DNA from: Desulfovibrio sp.
Lineage (GTDB): Bacteria > Bacillota > Dethiobacteria > DTU022
Assembly (NCBI GenBank): GCA_020060545.1
Contig: JAGUZX010000135.1
Span: forward strand, 4,734-68,733
Direction: 5' to 3'
Length of the DNA: 64,000 bases
Below are positions 41,271 through 52,740 of the stretch, piece after piece; positions within the stretch are counted from its first letter, which is position 1, and every line of letters begins with the position of its first letter. The notes below the pieces were generated by a model. The model ran no database searches, was not told the origin of the DNA, and was given only the letters and a program-made list of their open reading frames with translations. Position numbers and translations under genes: made by a program.

Positions 41271-42908
41271 TTAACCACCGTGAATCCGAACAGGCCATCT
41301 GTGATTAAAAGACATCTTGATCAAATATTTAAACAGATCCAAAAACAGGTCCACCAATTCGGGATCGAATTGCGTGCTCGCAAATTGCTTCAATTCTTCA
41401 ATCGCGCTTTCGTGGGGTCTGGCCTTGCTGTACGGCCTGCCGCTGGTCATCGCGTCATAGGCGTCCACGATGGCCAGAATGCGGGACTCCACGGGTATTT
41501 CTTTTCCTTTAATGCCCAGCGGGTAACCGCTGCCGTCCCACCACTCGTGGTGTTTCAAGATAAAATCGGCCACGCCTGACAGATCCGTAGAGGAAAGGGC
41601 GATGCGGTAGCCCTTCTCCGGGTGCTGGCAGATCATATGCCATTCTTCCGCGGTGAGCGGTTCCGTTTTAAACAGAATCCGATCCGGAATGCTCACCTTC
41701 CCCAGGTCGTGAACCCTGGCCAAAAGGGCCAGGTTGGTAAGCCGGTTCGTAGAAAGGTTGATTTTTTCGCCGATTTTCTGGCAAAGTTGCTCCAACCTCC
41801 GCCCATGGCCTTCATTGATGAAGTCCTTTTTGGCCAGGGTTTCCAGGAGAGCCTGGACAGTCCTGCTGCGGACCGTCGCGCTGTGATAGAGCTTCTCGCG
41901 GTACATCATGTCATCGGCCTTTTGATACAGCTCTTTCAGGGCGGTTTCTTTGGTTTCAGCAGTGGCCACACCCAGGGATAAGCCCAAAAGCAGGTTAGCC
42001 TGTTTCAGGTTGTACCCGGCAATATTCTCCTTGATGCGGGCGGCGATCGCGGCGGCGGTTTGCGCATCGGTACGGGGCAAAATAATGCAAAATTCGTCGC
42101 CGCCCACCCGGGCCAATATATCGGAACCCCGCAGGGAGCCTTTTAAAACACCGGCGACTGCGATCAGCAGCTGATCCCCTTTGTCATGGCCCATGGTGTC
42201 GTTGATTAATTTCAAGTTGTCCATGTCCGCGGAAATTAAACTGATCGGGTACTCCCGGCCGGTGCTGAAGCGCTTAATCTCTTCCTCAAAAAAAGCACGG
42301 TTATACAGCCCGGTAAGCTGATCATATAGACTCAAATGCCGCAGCTGCTCTTCAAAAATAATTCGCTCGGTGATGTCACGGGCAACCCCCCGGAAGCCGG
42401 TGATGCCGCCTTCACCCTTGATGGGAGAGATCGAAAGCTCCCCGTAAACGGTGGCGCCGTCTTTTTGGATCAACTCCATGGTGAACCGTTGAGGGCGCCC
42501 GGTTAAATAAACCTGGTGAAAAGCACGATAGGCGGACTCAGGGTTCCTGGCGAGCTGCTTGTAGTTAACGCCTAAAAGTTCCTGACGGGAACAGCCGAGC
42601 AACCGGCCGGCGGCATCGTTGCAAAAAGTGATATTTCCCGCCAGGTCGGCCTCGTAGTACCCTTCTTCCAGAGAAAGCAAGATATGCCGGTACTCGTCGC
42701 CAGGTTCCTGCGGCGCCCGTTCCGTAAGTTTCTGCTCGTCGTATATTTCAGGATCCCTCCCTTCCGCTTCGCTCAATGACACAGGAAAAAATACCATGGA
42801 TAAAATGGAAATATACCGCAAAAGTTGCCAAATTTCTCTTGTATTTCTCTTGTATAATTTTGCTTCTTCCCCTGATCTTCCTGCTTGATTAATCAATTTC
42901 TTCTCCAA
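41271..42908 (-). CDS. PAS-GGDEF-HD-GYP c-di-GMP turnover protein; N-terminus uncertain (alternative ATG at 42797)
   Basis: PAS, GGDEF (RVGGDEFCIIL), HD-GYP (HHEWWDGSGYP). TTG at 42908 versus ATG at 42797. An 11-bp tandem repeat lies in the disputed 5' segment. Confidence 0.75.
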   Translation of the reverse strand: MEKKLINQAGRSGEEAKLYKRNTREIWQLLRYISILSMVFFPVSLSEAEGRDPEIYDEQKLTERAPQEPGDEYRHILLSLEEGYYEADLAGNITFCNDAAGRLLGCSRQELLGVNYKQLARNPESAYRAFHQVYLTGRPQRFTMELIQKDGATVYGELSISPIKGEGGITGFRGVARDITERIIFEEQLRHLSLYDQLTGLYNRAFFEEEIKRFSTGREYPISLISADMDNLKLINDTMGHDKGDQLLIAVAGVLKGSLRGSDILARVGGDEFCIILPRTDAQTAAAIAARIKENIAGYNLKQANLLLGLSLGVATAETKETALKELYQKADDMMYREKLYHSATVRSRTVQALLETLAKKDFINEGHGRRLEQLCQKIGEKINLSTNRLTNLALLARVHDLGKVSIPDRILFKTEPLTAEEWHMICQHPEKGYRIALSSTDLSGVADFILKHHEWWDGSGYPLGIKGKEIPVESRILAIVDAYDAMTSGRPYSKARPHESAIEELKQFASTQFDPELVDLFLDLFKYLIKMSFNHRWPVRIHGG

Positions 42909-43086
42909 TAGCGCCAGGTTAAAGATATTCGTTTAACCTCTAATATGCGGCAGGAAATGAAGTAAACATGTCTAAATAGAAGGGATTATTCTCTAACGTT
43001 TACTTTCGCCTTGTGACGGTATCCCTTTCCCGGAAATATCGCCGCCGCCGCCTTTTTTCCCGAACATGAGCCTGGAGGTATAACGC

Positions 43087-43353
43087 ATGGTCAAATTGGG
43101 CCTGGAAGAGGTGGCCCTGGAAGGCTGCCGGGGCAAGCTGAAGCTTAAACCGAGTAAGAACCCCGCCATTTATAACCCGCCGGAGCAGTTCATCGTTACC
43201 GCCAACCAGGATCTGAACCAATACGGGGGGGGTGAATGTAAACAACCTTTCCATGGCCCCCTACCGCGCCACTGCCGCTGGCGGGCCTGGCTATCCTGGC
43301 CGTTATGGCAACTGGGGCCGGCCTCCTTCACAGGAGAAGGCGTTAACTTATAA
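43087..43353 (+). pseudogene. Possible remnant of a penicillin-amidase (S45/Ntn-hydrolase) family gene
   Basis: Short frame encodes KNPAIYNPPEQFIVTANQDL, resembling the conserved NPxSGxIxxANN motif. Embedded in a 660-bp gap without an intact ORF. A G7 tract sits at the apparent frame break. Confidence 0.2.
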
Positions 43354-43569
43354 ACTGTCGAGCTGATCCTTTGCGCCCATTGATCATGAGCCTTCGAGCT
43401 ACCTGTAACGATAAGTGGCAGTGGAATAAAATTCCTTGCCACTTTATTATTATTGTCCGGAGCGACTGGGTGCACCTGTGCCCTCTTAGCCCCGGTAATT
43501 GGGGGCATACGAAACAAGCAAAGATCAGCGTTTCGCGGGAGGCGGACGGGGAGGCGGCGGGGCAGGAAT

Positions 43570-44766
43570 CTACCGCCGCACTTTCAGTTTCCGGATAGCC
43601 CCCTCCAGCCCTTCCACGGTCAGTTCAAACATGGGGAAAACATCCCGGATGATGGTGATGGTGTAACTGCCGATTGTCCGATCCCAGTAAGGTGCCGGGA
43701 TGGGATTCAGCCAGACCGCATGATTGAAGTGTGCGGCGATACGGCGCAGCCAGGTAATCCCGGGTTCATCGTTGCCGTAATACCAGTCGATGGAGCCGCC
43801 CGGCATGGTCAGTTCACTGGGCGCCATGCTGGCGTCTCCGAGGAAAAGAACCTTGTAGTCCGGCCCCAGCAGGCGCAGGAAATCCTCCGTGCGCACCGCG
43901 CTGTCCATCCGGCACGATGATTTCAAGTAGAGGTGCTGGTAGACGCAGTTGTGGAAATAAAAGAAGCGCAGGTCCTTAAAGTGGCTGGACCGGTTCATCG
44001 CCGTAAAGAGCTGGCTGCAGATGCGCATGTATGGATCCATCGAGCCTCCCGAGTCCATCATCAGGGCGACTTTAACCGTGTTTTTGCGGCCCCTCGTCCA
44101 AACCAGCTGGAGCAGGCCTCCCTTATCCCCCGTCTCCCGGATCGTCTCATCGATGTCGAGCTCTTCCCGGGGGCCCTCCACCTTGCTGCTCAGCTGCCTG
44201 AGCTTGCGCAGCGCTACCTCAAACTGCCTTACCCCGATGGTCTCATCGGTCCGGAAATTCCGGAAGTTTCGCTGCGCCGCCACTTTGACCGCCGATTTGT
44301 TCACCGATTCGCCCCCGATGCGGATCCCCGCGGGGTGATAGCCGGAATGCCCAAAAGGGGATGTTCCCCCCGTGCCGATCCATTTCCCCCCGCCGTGATG
44401 CTCCCCTTTTTGCTCCCGCAGCCGCTCTTCCAACCGGCGGCGCAGCTCATCCAGATCCCACTCCTGGAACTGCTTCCGTTCCGCGGAAGAGATCTGGCGG
44501 GGAGGCAGCGCTTTTTCAAGCCACTGCAGCACTTTTTCCGTCAGCTCCACCGGTGTCTCAATGTCGCGAAAGTAATGGGCGAAAGCCAGGTCATAACGGT
44601 CGTAATGGGTTTCGCTTTTCACCAGCACCGCCCGGGCCAGGTGGTAAAAACCCGTCAGGCTGGATAGGGCCATGCCTTTGCCCAGGGCTTCCATCAGCAT
44701 CATCCATTCCGTGATCGTGACGGGCACGCCGTAAGCTTTGAGCAGGTAAAAGAAGTGGATAAACAT
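43570..44766 (-). CDS. VWA-domain protein (CoxE-like), partner of MoxR ATPase
   Basis: 398 aa. C-terminal von Willebrand A domain. 24 bp downstream of the MoxR gene on the same strand. Confidence 0.7.
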   Translation of the reverse strand: MFIHFFYLLKAYGVPVTITEWMMLMEALGKGMALSSLTGFYHLARAVLVKSETHYDRYDLAFAHYFRDIETPVELTEKVLQWLEKALPPRQISSAERKQFQEWDLDELRRRLEERLREQKGEHHGGGKWIGTGGTSPFGHSGYHPAGIRIGGESVNKSAVKVAAQRNFRNFRTDETIGVRQFEVALRKLRQLSSKVEGPREELDIDETIRETGDKGGLLQLVWTRGRKNTVKVALMMDSGGSMDPYMRICSQLFTAMNRSSHFKDLRFFYFHNCVYQHLYLKSSCRMDSAVRTEDFLRLLGPDYKVLFLGDASMAPSELTMPGGSIDWYYGNDEPGITWLRRIAAHFNHAVWLNPIPAPYWDRTIGSYTITIIRDVFPMFELTVEGLEGAIRKLKVRR

Positions 44767-44790
44767 TTGCCCCTGTCCTCTCCGCCCGCC

Positions 44791-45675
<885 letters not shown>

Positions 45676-45752
45676 TATTTACTTCGAATATTATTATCTT
45701 CTCTGCATTTCTAAAATTCTACTAAACAAATCCAACTCCTGCCGCACCGAAT

Positions 45753-46034
45753 TTACGCACGGGTATCCGAGCCCAAGGTATTCTGTTTGTGTTGCATCGT
45801 TATTGGCCCCTTCAGTTTGTAACGGCGCTCCTCCGGTTCCCAGATGTGAATGCCGCATCCATGGGCAATGGCGCGAAGGAGTGTTGATTTCCCCGAACCA
45901 TTGTCCCCAACGAAAAAGGTGACCGTGCTGTCAAACGTTAATTCCCTGGTGATATTCAAATGGTGGAGATTGAAGGGATAACAATCTCCGGACGGATATT
46001 TTTCCGGAAGAAGAGTTATTTTTCGTATATGCAT
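45753..46034 (-). pseudogene. Truncated N-terminal fragment of an AAA_21/AAA_15-type ATPase (Walker A only)
   Basis: MHIRKITLLPEKYP...FFVGDNGSGKSTLL then stop after about 45 more residues. No room for the rest of the gene before the MoxR gene. Confidence 0.5.
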
Positions 46035-46206
46035 TATCGATTCCCCCTTGCACAGGCAATTCGCCAAAAGGAAGGTTGTTCCTGCCGGCAGTAGCCAATT
46101 GCCTCTCAATCTGAACTCGTATACAATCTGTATGCTTTTTGCCTTCAGACCTTCCAGAGGACAACACCCCGAAAAAAGAAAAAAGCCCTATTTCTAAGGC
46201 TTTTTA

Positions 46207-46283
46207 TGGTCGGAGCGACAGGATTTGAACCTGCGGCCTCTTGACCCCCAGTCAAGCGCGCTACCAAGCTGCGCCACGCCCCG
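46207..46283 (-). tRNA. tRNA-Pro (anticodon GGG)
   Basis: Manually folded 77-nt cloverleaf: acceptor CGGGGCG/CGCTCCG (one G-U), anticodon loop CTGGGGG, T-loop GGTTCAAATCC, CCA encoded. Confidence 0.8.
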
Positions 46284-46454
46284 GTGCTCCTCTATTATAA
46301 CCAATTCTGCATGCCGGTGCAAGGACTAACGGCGGCACACATCGTATGTTAGCTCGTGCCAGCAGTTGGCATGGCGATCGGGCAGCGTGATGCAACGTGT
46401 TTTTTTTGAATGCAATTAATTGTCCCGGCGAAGCACCGCTCCATTTGCAGGCGA

Positions 46455-47633
46455 TCAGGATAACCCCATTTTCTTTTTCACTTTTTCAAACGCGGCCAGC
46501 GCTTTGTCCAGGTCGGCCCTGGTATGGCCGGCGGTGACGATCGTCCTGACCCGGGATTTATCTTCAGCCACCGTCGGGAAGCCGATGCCGGTACAGAAAA
46601 CGCCGTTTTCGAGCAGCGTATCGCTGAAGGCCATCGCCTTGGCCCCGTCGCCGATGATCACCGGCGTGATCGGGGTCTCACTGTTCCCGGTGTTGAAGCC
46701 GAGTTCTTTGAGCCCTTTTTTGAAGTACCTGGCGTTGGCCCACAGCCTTTCCTGCAGATCTTCTTCCTGCATCACCTCCAGGGCGGCGATGTTGGCGGCC
46801 GCGACGCCCGGCGGATGCGAGGTGCTGAAAAGGAAAGGGCGCCCCCGGTGGATCAGGTAGTCCACCAGACGCCGGCTGCCGGCGACGTAGCCGCCGAGCA
46901 CGCCGATCGCCTTCGACAAGGTGCCGATCTGGATGGCCACCCGGCCGTGTAAATCAAAGTGATCCACGCTCCCCCGCCCGTGCCGTCCCAGGACGCCGCT
47001 GGCGTGGGCGTCATCGACCATGACCACGGCGCCGTACTTCTCCGCCATCTTGACGATATCGGGCAGCCTGGCGATATCGCCGTCCATGCTGAAGACGCCG
47101 TCGGTGACAACGAGCTTCAGGCGGTAGCCGCCGCACTCCTGGAGCCGCTTCTCCAGGGCGTCCATGTCGCTGTGGGCGTAAATGCGCCGGTCGGCTTTGC
47201 TCAAGCGGATCCCGTCAATGATGCTGGCGTGGTTCAGCTCGTCGCTGATAATGACATCATCCTTGGTGAGCAGGCACTCGAGCACGCCGGTGTTGCAGGT
47301 AAAGCCCGATTGAAAGACCAGGGCGGCCTCGGTCTTTTTGAACGCGGCCAGCTTCTCTTCCAGTTCCCGGTGGATTTGCAGGGTGCCCGCGATGGTGCGC
47401 ACCGCGCCAGCCCCCACGCCAAACTGCTCCGTGGCCTTTACCGCGGCGGCGATCAGCTTCGGGTGGGCGGCCAGGCCCAGGTAGTTGTTCGAGGCGAGGT
47501 TGATCACCTCCCGGCCGTTGATCCGGACATGCGGGCCCTGGGCGCTTTCCAGGATGGTAAGCGCGCGGAATATTTTTTTGGTTTTGAGCTCATCGATTCT
47601 TTCAGCCAGTACTTTTTCCAGCAAAGCGTTCAT
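46455..47633 (-). CDS. kbl: 2-amino-3-ketobutyrate CoA ligase (glycine C-acetyltransferase)
   Basis: 392 aa AOS-family enzyme with [16 protein letters not shown]-lysine. Directly downstream of tdh. Confidence 0.85.
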   Translation of the reverse strand: MNALLEKVLAERIDELKTKKIFRALTILESAQGPHVRINGREVINLASNNYLGLAAHPKLIAAAVKATEQFGVGAGAVRTIAGTLQIHRELEEKLAAFKKTEAALVFQSGFTCNTGVLECLLTKDDVIISDELNHASIIDGIRLSKADRRIYAHSDMDALEKRLQECGGYRLKLVVTDGVFSMDGDIARLPDIVKMAEKYGAVVMVDDAHASGVLGRHGRGSVDHFDLHGRVAIQIGTLSKAIGVLGGYVAGSRRLVDYLIHRGRPFLFSTSHPPGVAAANIAALEVMQEEDLQERLWANARYFKKGLKELGFNTGNSETPITPVIIGDGAKAMAFSDTLLENGVFCTGIGFPTVAEDKSRVRTIVTAGHTRADLDKALAAFEKVKKKMGLS

Positions 47634-47639
47634 CTCCTT

Positions 47640-48674
47640 TTACTTCTCTCCCGGGAAAAGAATGATCTTGCCGCATGCGCCGGAATTCATGATCCGGAAA
47701 GCCTCTTCAAATTCTTCCAGGTTCATGCGGTGGGTGATTACGGGGCTGACATCCAGCACGCCGCTTAGGAGCGCCGCCGTTTTATACCAGGTGGCGTAGA
47801 TTTCCCTGCCGGTGATGCCGGCCAGGGTGATCCCCTTGAAGATCACCTCGTTGGCCAGGTCCAGGCAGACCTTGTCTTGGGGAAGCCCCAGTAAAGCCGC
47901 CCGACCCCCGTTTTTGACGGCTTTCAGCCCGTCGTGGATCGACTGCTCGTGGCCGCTCATCTCGGCGAAAAGGTCCACGCCGCAGCCGCCTGTGTCCTCC
48001 AGCACTGCAGCGGCAACGTTTTCCCGAAGCGGGTTGATGGTTGCCGCCGCCCCCATCTGCCGGGCGAGATTCAGCCGGTAATCGATTATGTCGGCGGCGT
48101 AAATTTTAGCCGCGCCCGCGGCCCTGGCGATGCCGACGGCAAAAAGGCCGATGGACCCGCACCCGGTGACCAGGACGGTTTTGCCGGTTATATTTTCGGC
48201 TAGAACAGCCAGCACCGCGTTGCCGATCGGATCTTGCAGGCAGGCTGTTTCCGGGGGAATCAGCGGGTCATTTGGCCACAGGTTTGCCTCGGGGACACGG
48301 ACATATTCAGCAAAGCAGCCGTCTGTATCCAACCCGATTATCGAATAGCGCGTGCAGATATGGGCCTGGCCGGTGCGGCACTGGTAGCACTGCCCGCAGG
48401 TTTGGTGGCACTCCACGCTGACGTAATCGCCAGTGCGGCAGCGTTTTACCGCCGCACCCAATTCCACGATTTCACCCGCCATCTCGTGGCCCATAATGAC
48501 GGGAGGCTTCACTCGCGAAGCGGCCCACCGGTCCCAGTTATAGACATGCAGGTCGGTGCCGCAGATCGAGGATGCCAGCACCTTTACCAGGACATCATGG
48601 GGACCGGGCTCCGGAATGTCCGCCTTGATCAAGGCCGCCCCCGGGCCCGCTTTCTCTTTTACCAGCGCCTTCAT
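47640..48674 (-). CDS. tdh: L-threonine 3-dehydrogenase (Zn-dependent MDR family)
   Basis: GHEMAGEIVELG and structural-zinc Cys cluster (CGQCYQCRTGQAHIC). Start at MKALVKEK. Confidence 0.85.
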   Translation of the reverse strand: MKALVKEKAGPGAALIKADIPEPGPHDVLVKVLASSICGTDLHVYNWDRWAASRVKPPVIMGHEMAGEIVELGAAVKRCRTGDYVSVECHQTCGQCYQCRTGQAHICTRYSIIGLDTDGCFAEYVRVPEANLWPNDPLIPPETACLQDPIGNAVLAVLAENITGKTVLVTGCGSIGLFAVGIARAAGAAKIYAADIIDYRLNLARQMGAAATINPLRENVAAAVLEDTGGCGVDLFAEMSGHEQSIHDGLKAVKNGGRAALLGLPQDKVCLDLANEVIFKGITLAGITGREIYATWYKTAALLSGVLDVSPVITHRMNLEEFEEAFRIMNSGACGKIILFPGEK

Positions 48675-48726
48675 TTTACCTTTCACCGCCATGTCCTCCC
48701 ATGGTCGATCTTTTTTGGTTTTTCTT

Positions 48727-49713
48727 TCAGCATACCGGCCCGAAGACAATCTTCCCGCCGGCTTCCTTGCTCTGTACCGATCCCTCCAGCTCGAGGTAGC
48801 GCAGGTGGGAGACCGCTTCTCCCGTGGCGAACCATTTTTGCATCAGCGGGAACAACTCCCAGCTTTCGGCGATGATGTCCCAGTTCATTTTGGAAGCGAC
48901 CTGGAAAGCGCTGCTCATGCCGTCGCTTTTCAGGATCTGCATTACTTCATCCAGCCTGTGCCGGTGGTGGATTTTTAGTTCGCGGATCCGCTTGCGGCAG
49001 TCGGGGAAAGGATCCCGGTGCCCCGGCAAAACCAGGTTTATCTCCAGATCATCGATTTTGTCGAGACTCTGCAGGTACTGCCGGAGCGGATTTTCCAGGC
49101 CAAACCATTCCGCAATGTTCGGGGTGATATTGCCGAGGATATGGTCCCCGGAGACAAGTATTTTCCGGTCCGCCTCGTAGAGGCACAGGTGGCCCGGGGT
49201 GTGCCCGGGAGTCTCGACGCACTTGAAGCGATAATCTCCGGCGAGGACGGCGTCCCCTTCTTTCAACAGCGTAAAGGTAAAATAGTCCTTCGGCCGGTAT
49301 TTGTTCGCCGGGTGCATTTCAACGGCGCTCTGTAAAATACTTTCGGGAAAACCGTGCTGCCTGGCGAAGGAGATCGCCAGCTGCCACAGGTCCTGATAAT
49401 CGATCACCGCGGCGTCGGGTTGATTAAAGTAAACGGTTGATGATTTTGCGGCCATTTCGCCGACCAGCCCCAGGTGATCGACATGCAGGTGGGTAATAAA
49501 AAAATCGGTTTCTTCCAGGTTCACATGAAGTTGCCGCAAGGCCGCGGCCATGGCGCTTTTGCATTCTTGCCGGTTCATTCCCGTATCGATGATCAGGTTT
49601 CGCTTGCCGGCCGTGATGATATATGCATTGGTTTGTTTAAGCGGGTTGTTGGGCAGGGGAATCTCGGCCCGGTAAAAATGCGGCAGGACTTCTTCGATTA
49701 CCGGAACGCTCAT
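48727..49713 (-). CDS. MBL-fold metallo-hydrolase
   Basis: HxHxDH motif (THLHVDHLG) and downstream His/Asp ligands. Confidence 0.75.
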   Translation of the reverse strand: MSVPVIEEVLPHFYRAEIPLPNNPLKQTNAYIITAGKRNLIIDTGMNRQECKSAMAAALRQLHVNLEETDFFITHLHVDHLGLVGEMAAKSSTVYFNQPDAAVIDYQDLWQLAISFARQHGFPESILQSAVEMHPANKYRPKDYFTFTLLKEGDAVLAGDYRFKCVETPGHTPGHLCLYEADRKILVSGDHILGNITPNIAEWFGLENPLRQYLQSLDKIDDLEINLVLPGHRDPFPDCRKRIRELKIHHRHRLDEVMQILKSDGMSSAFQVASKMNWDIIAESWELFPLMQKWFATGEAVSHLRYLELEGSVQSKEAGGKIVFGPVC

Positions 49714-49996
49714 TTAAGTTTCTCCTTCTCTTTTGCCATTGTTCGATTAAACGGTTCCCGTTTATAATTCCATACGCTGGCTGGTTTCCCTGCTTCATTT
49801 ATGGCCGTCGCGCGGGTTTATCTTGGCCCAAAAATCTCCCGGTGCGGGCAGCCCGGCGAAACAGCAAGCGAAGGCTTCCGGCTGCAAGAACTTAGTCGAC
49901 GCTGTAGGAAAATCCATGGCCGGAAGAGAATTAGAGTATTAATGAAAGGTTAATGTAAATTAAACCACTGCTATTTATTTTCCCGGAGAAATAGTC

Positions 49997-51973
49997 ATGA
50001 CCATTTTTAAGCGCACCGTGTTCATTATTTTTCTCAGTTTCGTAACCCTGTTTCCACCGGCGCCGGGCGGGCGGAGCGGCGGCGCAGCCCTGGAAACGGA
50101 GCTTTTCTTCACGATCCTGCACACAAACGATGAACACAGCGCGCTGCTCCCGGCGCCCCTGGTCGATTACGACCCCGCCGGGCCCGGCCCCACCCGGGGC
50201 GGCTTCGCCCGCCTGGCGCACCTGGTCGAGGCGATCCGGGCGGCTAAATCAGGGGACAACGAGCCGGTCCTGCTGATCTCCGGCGGCGATTTCCTGGGAG
50301 GGTCCCCGTACAGCTGGCTTGCTTTCCGCAACCGGGCGGCGGAACTGGCGCTGATGCTCGGACTGGGCTACGATGTCGTCACGCTCGGCAACCATGAATA
50401 CGACTTCGGCCCGGAGCGTCTGGCTGAATATCTAATGGCGGCCGGTTACCCGGAAGCCGCCGCGCGGACGGCTATCGTCGCTTCCAACACCCACCTCCCG
50501 CCCGGCCACCCGTTGGGAGAGGTCGGGATCAGGCAAACTTACATCAGGGTGCTGAACAACGGGTTGATCCTCGGTTTTTTCGGCCTGATCGGCAGGGACG
50601 CGCTCCAGGTATCGCCTTTTAAAGATCCGGTCGAGTTCAGCGGCCAGCACGAAACCGCCCGCGCGGACGTAGCGGCGCTCCGGCAGGCCGGGGCGCAGGT
50701 GGTGATCGCAGTGAGCCACTGCGGGATCGGCGAAGACCGGGCGCTGGCCCGCGCGGTCCCGGGAATCGACGTGATCGTGGGCGGGCACTCCCACAGCAGG
50801 CTGGAGGAACCGGTAATCGAGGGCGGCACGGTGATCGTCCAGGCCGGTTCTCTCCTGAGATACCTGGGCGTCCTGGAACTGGCCTACAACCCGTCCACCG
50901 GAAAAGTGCGCCCCCGCAATTGTGACACAGGGCGGCCCTTCCTGCTGCCGGTTGACGGTGCCATCCCGGAGCACCCGGCCGCCGCCGCCGCGCTGGATCT
51001 TTTTACCCGGGAGCTAAACCGCCTGGCCAGCGAACTGACCGGGGGGAAGTTCGGTTCCGTCCGCGACATCGTGGCTGTTTCCGGTTTCGACGTGCCGATC
51101 GCCGGCGGCCGGGAAGCACCGCTGGGCAATTTCGTCACCGACGCCCTGCGGCTGGTCGCCGCGGAAACCCTGGGCGAAAAGGTCCATTTCGCCTTTCAGG
51201 CCAGCGGGCCGATCCGCGGCAGCATCATCACCGGTAAAACGGCGCACTCGCAGGGAAAGATTGCTTTTTTCGACCTGGCCAACCTGGTCGGCCTGGGATC
51301 CGGCCTGGATGGCAACCCGGGGTTCCCGGTAGTGTCCTTCTATTTAACCGGGGCGGAGGTGGTAAAAGTCATGGAGATCTCGATTTTCCTCTCCGAGCAC
51401 ATGGGGCAGGACTATTTTCTGCAGGCATCCGGGCTGAGGGCAACCTACGATTTCAAGCGGGCCATCCTGGGGCAGATCCCCTTTACCGGGCTGCCCGTAC
51501 CCACCGGGCGGGCGGTTCTGGCGGTGGAGATGTTTACCGGCGAAGGGGTCCAGGGAGGGGGCGCTGATGCCTATACCCCGCTTTCCCGCCGCGACCGGAA
51601 CCTTTACCACGTGGTGACCGATTACGGCGTCGCCACGGCGATCCCCCGGGTGGGCGAACTGGTGCCGTTTTTCCTGCTGCAGCCGAAAGACAGCGCGGGA
51701 AACCCCGTCGCGCTGGAGGACCGCATTATCCGTCGGGAGGGCCGGGAACTGAAAGTATGGCAGGCGGTGGTTGAATACGCCTCCCGGCAGCCGCTGGATG
51801 AGAGGGGCGCTCCCCGCATCGCCGATCTTTACGCGGGAACAACCGGCCGCCTGGTGGAAGGAAAGGGAACGCCGCTTTGGATCTGGCCGGCATTATTCCC
51901 GGCGCTGCTTGCAGCGCCTGCCGTCTTCCTGGCCAGGCGCCGGCGCTTGCGGCGCAGGGCAAGGCAAAAGTAA
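49997..51973 (+). CDS. Bifunctional metallophosphatase / 5'-nucleotidase family protein, with signal peptide and C-terminal hydrophobic anchor plus Arg-rich tail
   Basis: Calcineurin-like phosphoesterase motifs (GNHEYDFG, GGHSH) and 5'-nucleotidase C-terminal domain. Tail ...LLAAPAVFLARRRRLRRRARQK. Confidence 0.7.
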   Translation: MTIFKRTVFIIFLSFVTLFPPAPGGRSGGAALETELFFTILHTNDEHSALLPAPLVDYDPAGPGPTRGGFARLAHLVEAIRAAKSGDNEPVLLISGGDFLGGSPYSWLAFRNRAAELALMLGLGYDVVTLGNHEYDFGPERLAEYLMAAGYPEAAARTAIVASNTHLPPGHPLGEVGIRQTYIRVLNNGLILGFFGLIGRDALQVSPFKDPVEFSGQHETARADVAALRQAGAQVVIAVSHCGIGEDRALARAVPGIDVIVGGHSHSRLEEPVIEGGTVIVQAGSLLRYLGVLELAYNPSTGKVRPRNCDTGRPFLLPVDGAIPEHPAAAAALDLFTRELNRLASELTGGKFGSVRDIVAVSGFDVPIAGGREAPLGNFVTDALRLVAAETLGEKVHFAFQASGPIRGSIITGKTAHSQGKIAFFDLANLVGLGSGLDGNPGFPVVSFYLTGAEVVKVMEISIFLSEHMGQDYFLQASGLRATYDFKRAILGQIPFTGLPVPTGRAVLAVEMFTGEGVQGGGADAYTPLSRRDRNLYHVVTDYGVATAIPRVGELVPFFLLQPKDSAGNPVALEDRIIRREGRELKVWQAVVEYASRQPLDERGAPRIADLYAGTTGRLVEGKGTPLWIWPALFPALLAAPAVFLARRRRLRRRARQK

Positions 51974-52155
51974 CGGCCGATGTGCCTCCCTTCCTCCCTC
52001 CCGATCATTACCACCACCGACCGGCAACCGGCAAAAGGGACTCTGAAATTTGAGCCCGGTGGTCAATCTTGAAAAGAGGAAAATCCGCGTCCGGCAAGGA
52101 ATAACTGTACGGGTTTCCCGGCGGCGGCCGGGCGGAATATTAGATCAGGCGGTGA

Positions 52156-52740
52156 ATGCTGATGGACTTTCTTCTCCCGGCGGTGCCGGCATACCTGCTT
52201 GGCACGTTTCCTTCAGCCTATATCTTCACGAAGCTATTCAGCGGGATGGATATCCGCAAGCTCGGCTCGGGCAACGTGGGAGGCATGAATACCATTAGAT
52301 CCGTGGGAAAGCTGCCCGGCCTAATGACCATCGCCGCAGACATCGGGAAGGGGATCCTGGCGGTCTACCTGGCGCGGGCCCTTGGCGGCGGCCAGGCTGC
52401 GCTCCTGCTGGCCGCTTTCCTGGCGGTAATGGGGCACAATTACAACCCTTTCCTGGGATTCAAAGGAGGCAAGGGGCTCGGCACCTCCCTGGGGGCGCTG
52501 CTGGCGCTTTCGCCGCTTACCGTTTTAGTGATGCTTCTCTTCATCGCCGTGCTGCTCTTCCTGCTGCGGGATTCGAACACGGCGGCGGGGCTCGGGATCG
52601 CGGCGCTGCCGGCGGTGTTCTGGTTTATCTACCGTGATTGGCTCTGGGTCGCGGCGGGAGCGGCGCTGGCGCTGGTAATCGCCGTGAAGCACGCGCGGGA
52701 TTTCAAGGCTTACCGGAATGGCCGGCGGAAGCTGATCTAA
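52156..52740 (+). CDS. plsY: Glycerol-3-phosphate acyltransferase PlsY (paralogue 1)
   Basis: GSGNVGGMN and HNYNPFLGFKGGKG motifs. Confidence 0.8.
   Translation: MLMDFLLPAVPAYLLGTFPSAYIFTKLFSGMDIRKLGSGNVGGMNTIRSVGKLPGLMTIAADIGKGILAVYLARALGGGQAALLLAAFLAVMGHNYNPFLGFKGGKGLGTSLGALLALSPLTVLVMLLFIAVLLFLLRDSNTAAGLGIAALPAVFWFIYRDWLWVAAGAALALVIAVKHARDFKAYRNGRRKLI

Noticed and set aside
51973-52155. GC hairpin CCCGGC-ggcg-GCCGGG between the 5'-nucleotidase and plsY1 as a terminator
   Set aside because: No downstream U-tract, and the stem is short. Insufficient to call.
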